A stretch of 64,000 nucleotides of DNA from an uncultured delta proteobacterium (GCA_963803435.1 CAWDML010000001.1:1824001-1888000); one strand, 5' to 3'. Positions 1 through 10,281 are shown, counted from the first letter of the stretch. Translations and numbers: made by a program. The notes: generated by a model from the letters alone, not told the origin.

Positions 1-1
1 C

Positions 2-1213
2 GGCACGCGCAAGCTGGCCTTCTCGTACGACGACAGCATCCCGCAGGCGGGCATGGAGATCATGCGGTACGGTCCCCGCTGGCTCGCGACCCAACCGGCC
101 CCCGGCTACCGCTACGACGTCAACGATCTGATCCAGCAGCCGCTGACGACGGGTCAGCTGACGGCGCGCGAGATGCGCATCTACGATGGCACCGGCTACC
201 ACTTCCACACGGTGCTGGTCGGCGCCCAGGGCAAGAACGGCGGCGGGTACTTCTCACTCGACATCACCGATCCGTGCGCCCCCGCGGAGCTGAAGGAGTG
301 GACGCTCCCCAACCCGAGCGATCGCGCCTCCGCAGAGCCGCTGCTCTACTACTTCCCGAGCACCACCGCCGACGAGCGCGCCGTCGTGATCACGACCGGC
401 GGTCTCGGCGGCACGCCGACGCTCTACGCGCACGACATCGTCACCGGAAACATGATGTCTCACGCGGACCTGCCCGGCGGAGGCTCGTACATCGCGGCGC
501 CGATCTGCCTCGACGCCACCGGCCAGGGCCACCTGACCCACTGCTACGCCCTTCGCGAGGACGGCCTGATGGCGCGCGTCGACGTCGGCACCGGCGGGTT
601 CGGCGCGGTCAGCGACATCACCCCGCCCGGCGTCGCCGGGGGCGGCCGCCGCTTCACCACCACGCCGGCCGTGTTCTTCGATCCCACGGGCAACGTGAAC
701 CTGGTCTTCGGATCGGGCGACTTCGAGCGACTGACGCAGACCGGAGTGACGAACTACATCTACAAGATCGTCGACCGCACCGTGCGGAAGAAGACCGTGC
801 CGAACCAGCCGGCCGACGTGGCGACCGCCTGCAACAACGTCTCGACCGGCCGGATCTCGCTCGGGCCGCAGGAGCGCGTGATCAGCCCACCGATGGTCGG
901 CAAAGGCATCGTCGCCTGGACCACCTACTCGCCGTCCACGAACGCGTGCATCTCCGGCGGCGCAAAGGTGTACGCGATGAACTATCTGACGTGCACCGAC
1001 GCGGTCGACGGCGCCGGTCCGCCCACCGGCGTCCCGGTGCAGGACGGCTTGCCAGCCTCACCGGTGCTCCACCGCGACTCGCAGAACCTCCTGGTCGGCA
1101 CCTCGGCCGGCCCGACGGCCTCGCAGGTGACGGAGGTCCAGGTGCTGACCCGCGGCGGCGCGAACGCCTGGACGAAGCGGCTGTACTGGAGATCGATGAT
1201 CGATGCGCCCTGA
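2..1213 (+). CDS. pilY1: PilY1/PilC-like type IV pilus adhesin, C-terminal beta-propeller (5' partial)
   Basis: Frame open from the window edge. Motifs TVLVGAQGKNGGGYFSLDITDP, LVFGSGD, ERVISPP..GIVAWTTY, and C-terminal RLYWR typical of PilY1. Confidence 0.75.
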   Translation, partial: GTRKLAFSYDDSIPQAGMEIMRYGPRWLATQPAPGYRYDVNDLIQQPLTTGQLTAREMRIYDGTGYHFHTVLVGAQGKNGGGYFSLDITDPCAPAELKEWTLPNPSDRASAEPLLYYFPSTTADERAVVITTGGLGGTPTLYAHDIVTGNMMSHADLPGGGSYIAAPICLDATGQGHLTHCYALREDGLMARVDVGTGGFGAVSDITPPGVAGGGRRFTTTPAVFFDPTGNVNLVFGSGDFERLTQTGVTNYIYKIVDRTVRKKTVPNQPADVATACNNVSTGRISLGPQERVISPPMVGKGIVAWTTYSPSTNACISGGAKVYAMNYLTCTDAVDGAGPPTGVPVQDGLPASPVLHRDSQNLLVGTSAGPTASQVTEVQVLTRGGANAWTKRLYWRSMIDAP

Positions 1214-2333
1214 ACGGACCGAGATCGACTTCGTCCCCTCGGACGAGCTGGTCGAGTCGGAGGTCACCGCGCGCGAGGCGGTGCCGGACGATCTCGAGGA
1301 TACGTTCCGGTCGGGCCCGCCCGGCGGGATCTCGATGCCGCGGACACCCGAGACGGCCGACACCGCGGACACCGGCGAGATGCTGGCCGCGCAGGATCTC
1401 GAGGAGGCGCCGCCAACCGCGGTGACGCCCATCCCCTCGACCGCTCGGAAGAAGGTCCGCGTGGTGGAGCGGAGCCGGCCTCCGCCGCCTGCCGCCAAGG
1501 CGCCCGCCCCCGCGCTCCGGTTACCGCGACCCGCCTCCGTCGAGGCCGCGCCCCGGGCCGCGCCAGAGCCTCAGGGCTCCTACAACCCGTTCATCACCGA
1601 GGATCCGCCCGCCGTCGGCGTCGACCCGGCGATGTTCCCGATCCACCGCACCGCGCCGGGTCCGCAGCGCGGCCAGCAGATCATCCTCGCGCTCACCGCC
1701 GTCCTGATCGCGATCGTCGCGATCGCCTTCATGACCGGTCCACAGGACCCTCAGGCGCGCGCAGCTGAGCGACGAGAGCAGCGACGCCAGCAGCTGGCAC
1801 AGGCCATGGAGCGACGCCTCGCGCTCATGCGCACGCAGCAACAGCAGCGGGTCGCGCAGGAGACGAGCACGGTTCCCGGGACCGGCGCGCACGGGGCCCC
1901 GGTGGCTCGGGAAGCTCGCATTCGCCGGCCGCTCAAGGCCTCGGTCCGCCAGCGGCCGCCCGCTCTGATCCGTCCGGCCGAGATCAAGCCGTACACCTTC
2001 TCCGACGAGCGGGTCGCCCAGCCCAGGAGCTACGGCGACCAGCCGGAGAATGTACCGCCGCCCGGGACCGGCCCCATGCTCATCGTGATGTCCGAGCCGC
2101 CGGCGCTGGTGTACCGCGACTCGAAGCTCTTCGGCGCCACGCCGCTGATGCTGCCGGTCGACGGCGACACCACGTCGATGACCGTGACCCTGCGGACCTT
2201 CGGGTACCGCGAAAAGACGATCGACGTGAAGCCGGGGGCGTCGGGCAACCTCGAGGCGAGCGTGGTCCTGGAGAAGGACCCGCGCTACGACGGAGCCACG
2301 GTCGTCCGCACCGAGAAGCCGCGCAAGGGCTGA
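1203..2333 (+). CDS. Membrane-anchored PEGA-domain protein
   Basis: Disordered acidic/Pro-rich N-terminus, one TM segment (IILALTAVLIAIVAIAFM), C-terminal PEGA-like domain (VMSEPPALVYRDSKLFGATP). Confidence 0.65.
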   Translation: MRPERTEIDFVPSDELVESEVTAREAVPDDLEDTFRSGPPGGISMPRTPETADTADTGEMLAAQDLEEAPPTAVTPIPSTARKKVRVVERSRPPPPAAKAPAPALRLPRPASVEAAPRAAPEPQGSYNPFITEDPPAVGVDPAMFPIHRTAPGPQRGQQIILALTAVLIAIVAIAFMTGPQDPQARAAERREQRRQQLAQAMERRLALMRTQQQQRVAQETSTVPGTGAHGAPVAREARIRRPLKASVRQRPPALIRPAEIKPYTFSDERVAQPRSYGDQPENVPPPGTGPMLIVMSEPPALVYRDSKLFGATPLMLPVDGDTTSMTVTLRTFGYREKTIDVKPGASGNLEASVVLEKDPRYDGATVVRTEKPRKG

Positions 2334-2387
2334 TCTCGCGCCTCGGTTGCCGCGCGGGGCACGGCGCCTTATGGGTGAAGCGCGCCG

Positions 2388-4469
2388 ATGCGGCCCTCCC
2401 TGACCTGGCTCCTCGCGCTCCGCAATCTTCGCTCGGACTGGTTCGGGACCCTGTGTGCGATCTTCGGGGTCGCGCTGGGCGTGGCGACCGTCGACATCGT
2501 CCTCACCATCGACGTCAACACGCGCTACGTCGAGTCGAGGCGCTGGGAGACGAACCCGGACCTCGACATCGATCTGTCCCAGACCGTCCGCCTCACCGCG
2601 TACACGGCGGACGGAAGGAAGGTGACCGGCGAGGACGCCAAGAAGGAGACGCACGAGGACTATCAGGTGATGCGGTCGGCGATCCGTCTCGGATCGCTCT
2701 CCGCGTTCCTGGTGGGTGCGCTGATCGTGTTCTTCACCTTCCGCGTGGTGGTCGAGCAGAAGAAGCGAGAGGTGGCGCTCCTCAGGAGCCTGGGGGCGAT
2801 GCCCGGGCAGATCGCGCGCGTGTTCCTGCTCGAGGCGGTGATGATCGGGGTGGCGGGCGCGGTCATCGGAATGTTCGCCAGCGTGCCGATGGCGCTGGTC
2901 GCGGGCTGGTCTGGCATCAGCACCACCGGGCGCGTGAAGCTCTCCTGGCTCCACTTCCCCTGGAAGATCCTGATACTGGTTTCGGCGATCGGCGGCGTGA
3001 CCGCGGTGCTCGGCGTGCTCAAGCCGCTCCGCGACGTGCTCAAGCTCGACGTCCCCACGAACCTGCGACCGCAGTTCATGGAGAACGTCGAGGGCGTCGT
3101 GCCCAGGAAGGCCTCGGGGATCACGCTGATCGCGATCCCGTTCATGGTGCTCCTCTACGTGCTGGTGCGCCCGTTCTTCTTCGAGGTGCTCCCTTCGCTG
3201 GCGTTCTTCGTGCTCGAGTCGGGTCTGGTCTGCGCCGGGTTCCTGAGCATGCTGGTGCTGGTGCCGCAGATCGTGAGCACCGTGGGAGGGGTCGTGTCGC
3301 GCCTGCTCCCGGCGGGGCCGAAGGCGGCCCGCCTCCTCACCGCGCGCCGGATCCAGCGGGCCGGGCACGAGTTCTCCTGGGCCGTCAGCGGCGTGATGCT
3401 GGTCTTCTCGCTGCTCCTGTCGCTCCACATCGTGACCCGGTCGCTCAAGGAGGAGGTCGTCGCCTGGGCGCACGGCGCCATCCGCGACAACGCCTACGTC
3501 TTCACGCGGCGCGGCTTCCACGAGGTCCCGGACGAGCTCCTGGCGCGGGTCCCGGACCGGATCATCCGCGTCCCCTTCTCGGGGCGCTCGGCCTGGCCGA
3601 ACTGCCTGCTCGCGGTGGATCGGGAGGCCCTGGTGCGCTTCGCCGAGAGCGTCGGCCCGCAGGCCGCGGAGATTGCAAGGCGCCTTGCGCCGGGAAAGAT
3701 CCTCCTCTCGACGCTAATGGCGCGCCGGCTGGGCATCGGCGAGGGCGGCGTCGTCGAGGTGGTCGGCTCGACCCGAACGGCCCGGCTCTCGATCGTCGCG
3801 GTCACCGACGACATCGGCTACATGCCGATGATCGGACCCTATCGAGACAGCAAGACCTACGGGCTGATCGCCGCCGAGGACTTCGATCTCATCCAGCCGT
3901 ACACGGGGGCCCCGGGAGCCGGAGTCGCCCTGCGCGATCCGACCTGGAAAGGGGCCTCACCTCCGCCGTTCTGGGACGACCTCTTGAGGCCCGCGTTCGG
4001 GCAGTGGGGGATCCGGGTCGAGATCGGCTCCGAGTTCGAGCGGGACCGGATCGAGGAGACCGACCACGACTTCCTCATCTTCGACGTGATCCTGTTCTTG
4101 ACGGCCGTGCTGGCGGCGATCGGGATCGCGAACAACCTGGTGCTGTCGGCACACGTGCGAAGGCGCGAGATCGCGCTGTATCGCGTGCTGGGGATGAGGG
4201 CCGGGCAGATCCGCACGCTCTATCTGATGGAGGGCGCGTTCATCGGCGTGCTGGGCGGGATCATGGCGGCGATCCTGGGCGTGCCGCTCGGGTTCGCTGC
4301 GATCGGCGCGCTCGAGATCGTGTCGGCCTTCGACGTCCACTTCGTGCTCCCGCCGGCTTACGTGGCCTGGACGATCGCAGGCGCCGTGATCGTGTCGCTG
4401 ACCTCCGCGCTCTACCCGGCGGCGCGCGCCTCGGGGATGTCGAGCGCGGAGTCGGTGCACTACGAGTGA
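2388..4469 (+). CDS. FtsX/MacB-family ABC transporter permease
   Basis: Two copies of the FtsX motif (KKREVALLRSLGA, RRREIALYRVLGM) with multiple TM helices. Confidence 0.85.
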   Translation: MRPSLTWLLALRNLRSDWFGTLCAIFGVALGVATVDIVLTIDVNTRYVESRRWETNPDLDIDLSQTVRLTAYTADGRKVTGEDAKKETHEDYQVMRSAIRLGSLSAFLVGALIVFFTFRVVVEQKKREVALLRSLGAMPGQIARVFLLEAVMIGVAGAVIGMFASVPMALVAGWSGISTTGRVKLSWLHFPWKILILVSAIGGVTAVLGVLKPLRDVLKLDVPTNLRPQFMENVEGVVPRKASGITLIAIPFMVLLYVLVRPFFFEVLPSLAFFVLESGLVCAGFLSMLVLVPQIVSTVGGVVSRLLPAGPKAARLLTARRIQRAGHEFSWAVSGVMLVFSLLLSLHIVTRSLKEEVVAWAHGAIRDNAYVFTRRGFHEVPDELLARVPDRIIRVPFSGRSAWPNCLLAVDREALVRFAESVGPQAAEIARRLAPGKILLSTLMARRLGIGEGGVVEVVGSTRTARLSIVAVTDDIGYMPMIGPYRDSKTYGLIAAEDFDLIQPYTGAPGAGVALRDPTWKGASPPPFWDDLLRPAFGQWGIRVEIGSEFERDRIEETDHDFLIFDVILFLTAVLAAIGIANNLVLSAHVRRREIALYRVLGMRAGQIRTLYLMEGAFIGVLGGIMAAILGVPLGFAAIGALEIVSAFDVHFVLPPAYVAWTIAGAVIVSLTSALYPAARASGMSSAESVHYE

Positions 4470-4473
4470 GCGA

Positions 4474-4896
4474 TCAGGGACACGGATCGAAGACGTCGGG
4501 GCCCGCAGTGCACGACCACGGCACCGCCCCGCACTCCGGATCACCGCGGCAGGTTCCGACCGCGCCGGTGCAGCCGTCCGGCTCGCACGTGCTCCTGACG
4601 CCGATGGCCGCGACGCACTCGGGATCATTCGAGCAACGGACATAGCGGCAGACACACTCGACACCGGTGTCCGGCGGGCCGGTGTCCGGCGGACCGATGT
4701 CCAGCGGGCCGGCGTCGCCGTCACCCGTGTCCGGCGGACCGCTGTCCACCGGCGGGGTCGCGTCCGCGTCACCCGCGTCGCCGGGGCCGGCGTCGGGCGC
4801 ACCGCTGTCGGCGATGCCCGCGTCGGGCGCCAGCTCAATCGTCTCGGTGCGACAGGCGACCAGCACCAGCGCGATGGCGAGGGTCAGTCGGAGCAT
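4474..4896 (-). CDS. Small lipoprotein with DAG/DTG-P linker and Cys-rich C-terminus
   Basis: Lipobox LVAC, myxobacterial DAGP repeats, start overlaps the upstream gene. Confidence 0.6.
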   Translation of the reverse strand: MLRLTLAIALVLVACRTETIELAPDAGIADSGAPDAGPGDAGDADATPPVDSGPPDTGDGDAGPLDIGPPDTGPPDTGVECVCRYVRCSNDPECVAAIGVRSTCEPDGCTGAVGTCRGDPECGAVPWSCTAGPDVFDPCP

Positions 4897-6440
4897 CTCT
4901 CGAGGCGGGCGTCCACGTCGCTCCTCAGCGCGTCACCCGGATACCTCGCCAGAAACTCCGCGGCGAGCGCCTTGACGCGCGCACAGTCGCTGAAGACCTG
5001 CGCCACCCCGATCAGGCTCGCCAGCGCCTCGGCGTCGTGGACCGAGCTCGGGAACCGCTCCCGGAAGGAGCGCCAGCAGGCGTTGGCGTCGTCGTAGCGG
5101 CGGGTCTCGACGTCGATCTGGCAGAGGAGCCGCTGCCCCGACTCCGCCAGCGATACGTCCTGGCGCCGCTCGAGCAGGCGGACCAGCCGCGCGTGCGCCT
5201 CCTCGAGGCGACCGTCCTGGTGGTCGAGACGGGCCAGCTCGTACAGCGCCGACTCCGCCAGCGGATCCGTGGGGAACCGCGCCACCAGCCCCTCGAGGGC
5301 GTCGCGCGCCGCTGGCGGGCGCCCCTCGGCCAGGGCCGCCTCCGCGGATCGGTAGAGGGTCTCGGGCGTCTCTGCGGGCGCTACCGGAGCCGGCTTCACC
5401 CTGCGAGGCTGCGGCGCCACCCGGCGCGGCGGCGGCGCCGGTACCGGCTCCAGCGTGAACGCCACCTGGACCACGCCGCCCTCGGCCACCTCGACCGTCC
5501 GCTGATCCGGCTGATGCAACTCGGCTTGCACTTCGAGCCGATGCGTCCCGGCGGCCAGCCGCGCGATCAGCGGCGTCGGACCGAGCTCGGCACCGTCGAG
5601 GAGGGCCACCGAGCCCGGCGGCGATCCGTCGATCACCACCACCCCGGACGGATCGATGGGCGGCGCCAGCTGCGACGCCGCCAGCCGCGGCTCCACGAGC
5701 GACCCCGCCGGCCAGCTCTGCCCCCGCGTGATCGCCTCGACCACGCCGCGCTCGGCCACCTGGACGGTTCCCTCTCCCACGCTGACCCGCACCTGCGACG
5801 GATCGAGCCGATCGACGGCGAAGCGCGTCCCCAGCACCCGCACCGTCACGTCGCCGGCGCGGACCTCGAACGGGTGCGAGGCGTGAATGACGACCAGCCC
5901 CGCCTCGAGAACGAGCCCGCCCGCCTCGAGGCGCGCACGCCCGGGGCCGTACAAGGTGACCTCGCCCTGCCCCTCCATCACGGCCCGCACGCTCATGCCT
6001 TCGCCCGCCTCGATCGCGCCGGTCGCCGACAGCGCGGCGGTGCGGGTGCCCGAGGCCAGGAACGGGAGCATGCGAGGCTCGCCCGGGGTCGGCTCGAGCG
6101 CGGGGCGCGGCCAGATCCAGAGGAGGAGGAGCGCGGCGGCGACGGCGGCCGCCACCCAGACCGGTCTTTGCGCGAAGCGCCGGCCGCGCGGTGAGGAGAG
6201 CTCTGCGGCCGTACGGTCGAAGGTGGAGGCCAAGCGAGCGTGGATACGGGCGCGGGCCACGTCGTCGAGGGCGCGCGCGCCGATCAGGTGGAGCGAACGC
6301 CGGATCTCCTCCTCGCGCGACGAATGCTCCCGGCAGTCAGGGCAGCGGCTGCGATGCAGGGCGATCCTCTCCCGGTCGAGCGGCGCGTCCGTCACGGACT
6401 CTCGCGACTCGACGCAAGCTGGGTTGCCGCCGTATCTCAC
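4884..6440 (-). CDS. Anti-sigma factor: zinc-finger (ZAS) + TM + FecR + PEGA + TPR
   Basis: HxxxCxxC (HRSRCPDC), TM helix, FecR motif VRVLGTRFAV..VSVGEGTVQV, PEGA GPTPL, TPR tail; translationally coupled to the ECF sigma gene. Confidence 0.8.
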   Translation of the reverse strand: MRYGGNPACVESRESVTDAPLDRERIALHRSRCPDCREHSSREEEIRRSLHLIGARALDDVARARIHARLASTFDRTAAELSSPRGRRFAQRPVWVAAAVAAALLLLWIWPRPALEPTPGEPRMLPFLASGTRTAALSATGAIEAGEGMSVRAVMEGQGEVTLYGPGRARLEAGGLVLEAGLVVIHASHPFEVRAGDVTVRVLGTRFAVDRLDPSQVRVSVGEGTVQVAERGVVEAITRGQSWPAGSLVEPRLAASQLAPPIDPSGVVVIDGSPPGSVALLDGAELGPTPLIARLAAGTHRLEVQAELHQPDQRTVEVAEGGVVQVAFTLEPVPAPPPRRVAPQPRRVKPAPVAPAETPETLYRSAEAALAEGRPPAARDALEGLVARFPTDPLAESALYELARLDHQDGRLEEAHARLVRLLERRQDVSLAESGQRLLCQIDVETRRYDDANACWRSFRERFPSSVHDAEALASLIGVAQVFSDCARVKALAAEFLARYPGDALRSDVDARLERCSD

Positions 6441-7078
6441 GCCCGCACCTCCTGCCGCCGCTTCTCCCGGGCGAGCATCTCGTCGAGCTCCCGCTTGGCG
6501 TGCCGAACCCGCTGGCCGACCGCCGCCGGACGGGCCTTCACGATCACGCCGATCTCCTCGAGCGAGAGCCCCTCCACCACCCGCAGGACGAACGCGATCC
6601 GCTTCTTCGGCTTGAGCCGGTCGAGGAACACCAGCGCCCGCACCAGCTCCTCGCGCTGCGACGCCGCCGTCTCGGGCGACACCTCGCCGGCCATCAGCAG
6701 CTCGGCGTCGATCGCCGTCTCCAGGTCGATCGGGATACGCCGCCGCTTGCGGAGGTGTCCGTAGGCGACGTTGACCACGACCCGGTAGAGCCAGGTGGAG
6801 AAGGCCGCCTCTCCGCGGAAGCGGCCGATCCCGCGGAACGCCGCCACGAACACCTCCTGCACCAGGTCCTCGCGGTCCGGATCGGGTCCGACCAGGCGGG
6901 TCATGCGGCGATGCACGTCGTCGGCGTGGCGGCGAAACAGGAGATCGAACGCGCGGCGGTCGCCGCGGCGGATCCGCTCGATCAGGCTCGAGTCGTCATC
7001 CTCCACCGCGACCGCGCGCAGCGGGAGCTGCACGCTCAGGAGTGCTCCCAGCGAGAGGGCGTCGGCGAGCACGGTCAC
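6437..7078 (-). CDS. ECF RNA polymerase sigma factor
   Basis: DLVQEVF..FRGEAAFSTWLYRV (region 2) and region 4 HTH (FVLRVVEGLSLEEIG). Confidence 0.93.
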   Translation of the reverse strand: MTVLADALSLGALLSVQLPLRAVAVEDDDSSLIERIRRGDRRAFDLLFRRHADDVHRRMTRLVGPDPDREDLVQEVFVAAFRGIGRFRGEAAFSTWLYRVVVNVAYGHLRKRRRIPIDLETAIDAELLMAGEVSPETAASQREELVRALVFLDRLKPKKRIAFVLRVVEGLSLEEIGVIVKARPAAVGQRVRHAKRELDEMLAREKRRQEVRA

Positions 7079-7995
7079 TCGAACGCTCCCCAGGACAGAC
7101 CGATCGCCGCCGCTCCGGCGACACGCTCCGTCACGAGGATGCGATCGCCGCCCACCGTGAAGTCCTGCCGCCGCAGGTAGACCGTGGCAGCCAGCCCGAG
7201 CTCGAGCCCAAAGCCGCCTCCCAGGTCGAACGCGTACAGCCCGGCCGCCTCGATCCCCGGCAGCACGTCGCGCCTCGAGACGGTGATCGCTCCGGCGCCG
7301 CCGTCGAGGAAGTAGACCTCGACGACGCCGAGCGCGCGCACCTCCCAGCGGGCACCCGGCAGCGAGAGCCCCAGCCCGGCAACCGCCACGAACGCGCGAT
7401 AGCGGATCGAGAGGTCGTCGCGCCGCGACGACGGCGCCGCGAACACACCGCCGGCGGAGACCACGACGCGGAGCGGATCCGCCAGCGCGATCGATGCGTC
7501 GACCATGGCTCCCAGGCGCGCGCGGCCGAACGGGGGACCGGCGGCGCCACGAAGGTACGCACCGACCACCAGCGGCGGCGAGGCGGACGGCGGATGAGGC
7601 GCGCGCGGCACGGGCGGTGGCGGCGCCCCCTCGGCGACCGTCGCGGTGAGCGCAGGCGGCACGTCCTCGAGCGGGGGCAAGCCGACGGTCACCGGCTCGC
7701 GAACCAGGTCGGAGACGACCAGCGCGATACGGCGGGCCGCGGCCACGCCGGTCGCGTCCCCCAGCGGGACCGGACGCACCTCGCCCCGGTACTCGACCTC
7801 GACGTTGCGCTCGGCAGCCCGGACCGTCACCAGGTCGGGGGCCGCACTGGAGAGCCCGACGCGCAGCGCCACCGCCTCGCGCAGGACCTCGTCACCACAG
7901 GGGAGCTGGCCTTCGACCTCGAGCCGCACAGTGTCTCCGGCCGAAGCTGATGAAGTGCCGAGGGTCAGCGCGACCAGGATCCACTCGAGCGACAC
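7075..7995 (-). CDS. Secreted hypothetical protein, probable C-terminal beta-barrel
   Basis: Signal peptide; amphipathic beta strands ending GLSWGAFE; first gene of the ECF operon. Confidence 0.55.
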   Translation of the reverse strand: MSLEWILVALTLGTSSASAGDTVRLEVEGQLPCGDEVLREAVALRVGLSSAAPDLVTVRAAERNVEVEYRGEVRPVPLGDATGVAAARRIALVVSDLVREPVTVGLPPLEDVPPALTATVAEGAPPPPVPRAPHPPSASPPLVVGAYLRGAAGPPFGRARLGAMVDASIALADPLRVVVSAGGVFAAPSSRRDDLSIRYRAFVAVAGLGLSLPGARWEVRALGVVEVYFLDGGAGAITVSRRDVLPGIEAAGLYAFDLGGGFGLELGLAATVYLRRQDFTVGGDRILVTERVAGAAAIGLSWGAFE

Positions 7996-8100
7996 CCCAC
8001 CGTTAGGGCCCTTTGCTTCATTGGTCGTTCATGGACGTCCCGATCGAAAATTTTTTTTCGACTTCCGGCCGGACCGCAATCTGACGGCCCCGGAGGCATC

Positions 8101-9288
8101 ATGAAGCTCAGGCTCTCTTCTCTTCTTCTCCTCGTCCTGGCCGCGGCCTGTAACGGATCCGAACAGCAGACCGGCCAGACCAGCCACAGCATCCAACGCA
8201 TTCCCTGTCAGGCGACCCCCGATTGCGTCGCCCGGGGCGGGATGTGTGTGTCCGGCCAGTGTGTCGCGGACAACGAGTGCACGACCGACACCGACTGCAG
8301 CAACGGCGACGTGTGCACCACCGACACGAACTTCGGCGGCCTGTGCGGCGCCGCCGGGAGCACTCCGCTGCCGGGACCGGCATGGGCTTGCGCCGTCGAC
8401 GCCGATTGTCCCACGGGTCAGAGCTGTACCCGCGGCACCTGCGGCGCGGCTCCGCCTCCACCGCCACCGAGCGAGGACTGCACCAACGGCGTCGACGACG
8501 ACGGCGACGGCGACATCGACTGCGCCGACAGCGACTGTCTTCGCAACCTGGCTTGCGTTCCGCCCACCGAAGACTGCGTGAACGGAGCCGACGACGACGG
8601 TGACGGCGACATCGACTGCGCCGACAGCGACTGCGCCGCCGATCCGACCTGCCAGCCGCCGCCGCCGCCGGCCGAGGACTGCACCAACGGCATCGACGAC
8701 AACGGAGACGGCGACGTCGACTGCGCCGACATTCAGTGCATCCGCGAGCCCGTCTGCCAGGGTCCGGGCTGCAACGGGTTCAACTGCCCCTGCGACGTGC
8801 TGCTCCAGGACTGCGCCGACCCCGGCGACCGCTGCTACGTGGGCGGCCCCGACAGCGCCGACGGCCAGTGCTATCCGACGGGCGGCCAGGGCGACGGCGA
8901 CGCGTGTATCGAGCCGCCGGTCGACACGCCGGACGCCTGCACCGCCGGTCTGCTCTGCATCTTCGAGGCGGAGACTGATCCCACCGGCGTCTGCCGGACC
9001 ATCTGCGCCACCGCCGCCGACTGCGCGCCGGGCGAGCTCTGCTACGCGCTGTTCCCGCAGCCCACGAACTTCGGCGTGTGCCACCCGCCGCAGGCAGAGG
9101 TCTGCAGCAACGGCCTGGACGACGACTCGGACGGCGACACCGACTGCGCAGACAGCGACTGCGCCGCCGACCCCAGCTGCCTGCCGCCGCCGCCCCCGGA
9201 GATCTGCACCAACGGGATCGACGACGACGGTGACGGCGATGTCGACTGCGCGGACTTCGACTGCACGCGAGACCCGGCCTGTCCGTAG
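8101..9288 (+). CDS. Cys-rich lipoprotein with five putative metal-binding CxNGxDDDGDGxxDCAD repeats
   Basis: Lipobox LAAAC; GGAGG ribosome-binding site; five E(D/V/I)CxNGxDDxxDGxxDCADxxC repeats separated by poly-Pro. Confidence 0.8.
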   Translation: MKLRLSSLLLLVLAAACNGSEQQTGQTSHSIQRIPCQATPDCVARGGMCVSGQCVADNECTTDTDCSNGDVCTTDTNFGGLCGAAGSTPLPGPAWACAVDADCPTGQSCTRGTCGAAPPPPPPSEDCTNGVDDDGDGDIDCADSDCLRNLACVPPTEDCVNGADDDGDGDIDCADSDCAADPTCQPPPPPAEDCTNGIDDNGDGDVDCADIQCIREPVCQGPGCNGFNCPCDVLLQDCADPGDRCYVGGPDSADGQCYPTGGQGDGDACIEPPVDTPDACTAGLLCIFEAETDPTGVCRTICATAADCAPGELCYALFPQPTNFGVCHPPQAEVCSNGLDDDSDGDTDCADSDCAADPSCLPPPPPEICTNGIDDDGDGDVDCADFDCTRDPACP

Positions 9289-9434
9289 GCGTCTGGCGTG
9301 TCCCGTGAGCGTGACCGCGACCGCGACCCTGACGTGAGCGCCCGCTAGGAGCGTGTAGCGCGTAAGCGCTCACGCGACCCCGGTCCGGGTCCCGGTCCCG
9401 GTCCGGGTCCCGATCTGAAGATGGCTGCCTTGAG

Positions 9435-10267
9435 TCAGACGCTCGCGACGGTCGCGAGCTTCGATCGGTAGAGCTCGAGCAGGTTGTGGGTGAGGCAGAC
9501 GAGCGTCCCCTCGGCTCGTACCTTGAAGAAGGAGCGTAGCGAGAACCGGCGGAATCCTCGTGCCGCTTTGATCTGTCCGAGCGCCGGTTCGACGATACTC
9601 TTCCTGCGGGCGTAGTGTTCGGGTCCAACAGCGATGTGGGCATCGATCTGATTGTTGTCGCAGAATTCGATGTTGGTCGCGCTCGGATAGCCGTTGTCTG
9701 CCGTCATCTTCCGCGGAGCATCGCCGCAGTTGCCGAACACATCACGGAGCATCGGGACGAGGTGTTGCTGATCAGGTGCCTGGTTGCTGACCCCTTCGGC
9801 GACAATCACCTGAGCGTGCTCATCTACGACAACTTGGGCATTGTAGGCCTGGAGGTACGCTCCATCCTTCAACATGATTCGACCAAGAGGAAGACGAGCG
9901 GCTGGGCGTTGAAGAGACTGAAGAGGACATCCCAGCGGAGCTCGCTCGCCGTGAATCCCGCCTTGCCCGCCTTCGAGAAGCGAAGGCTGCGCTGGAACAG
10001 GATGCCGCCAGGGCTCGCGCGGAGAAATTGCGCAGGCAAGCCGAAGAGCAGCGGAGCAAAGCGGATGATGCTCTTGTGGATCGGGTGGAGCAGAAGCGAG
10101 CGAGAACTCGAGCCGAGAAGGCAAGAGCGCAGGCTGACCAGCTCGAACCATCCCCAGACCCAACTGAACGAAATGATGGATGGCCGCATCATCGCGTTCC
10201 TGCAAATGTGGACGGCACACCGAGGCCCAACGCTCAGAGGAACTTCACCGACTCAGACAGCAGGATC
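9435..10267 (-). pseudogene. IS1182-family transposase remnant (C-terminal half; segment ~9879-10267 inverted)
   Basis: QAYNAQVVVD..QVIVAE, TADNGY, YARRKSIVEPALGQIK..RGFRRFSLR; the inverted part encodes QRNFTDSDSRI on the + strand. Confidence 0.88.
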
Positions 10268-10281
10268 GTTGGGCGGATCGA

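Noticed and set aside
8470-9270. DNA direct repeats as a non-coding array
   Set aside because: They are in-frame protein repeats of the Cys-rich lipoprotein.
9377-9414. Hexamer tracts as a CRISPR array
   Set aside because: They are period-6 microsatellites without spacers or cas genes and form part of the element ends.
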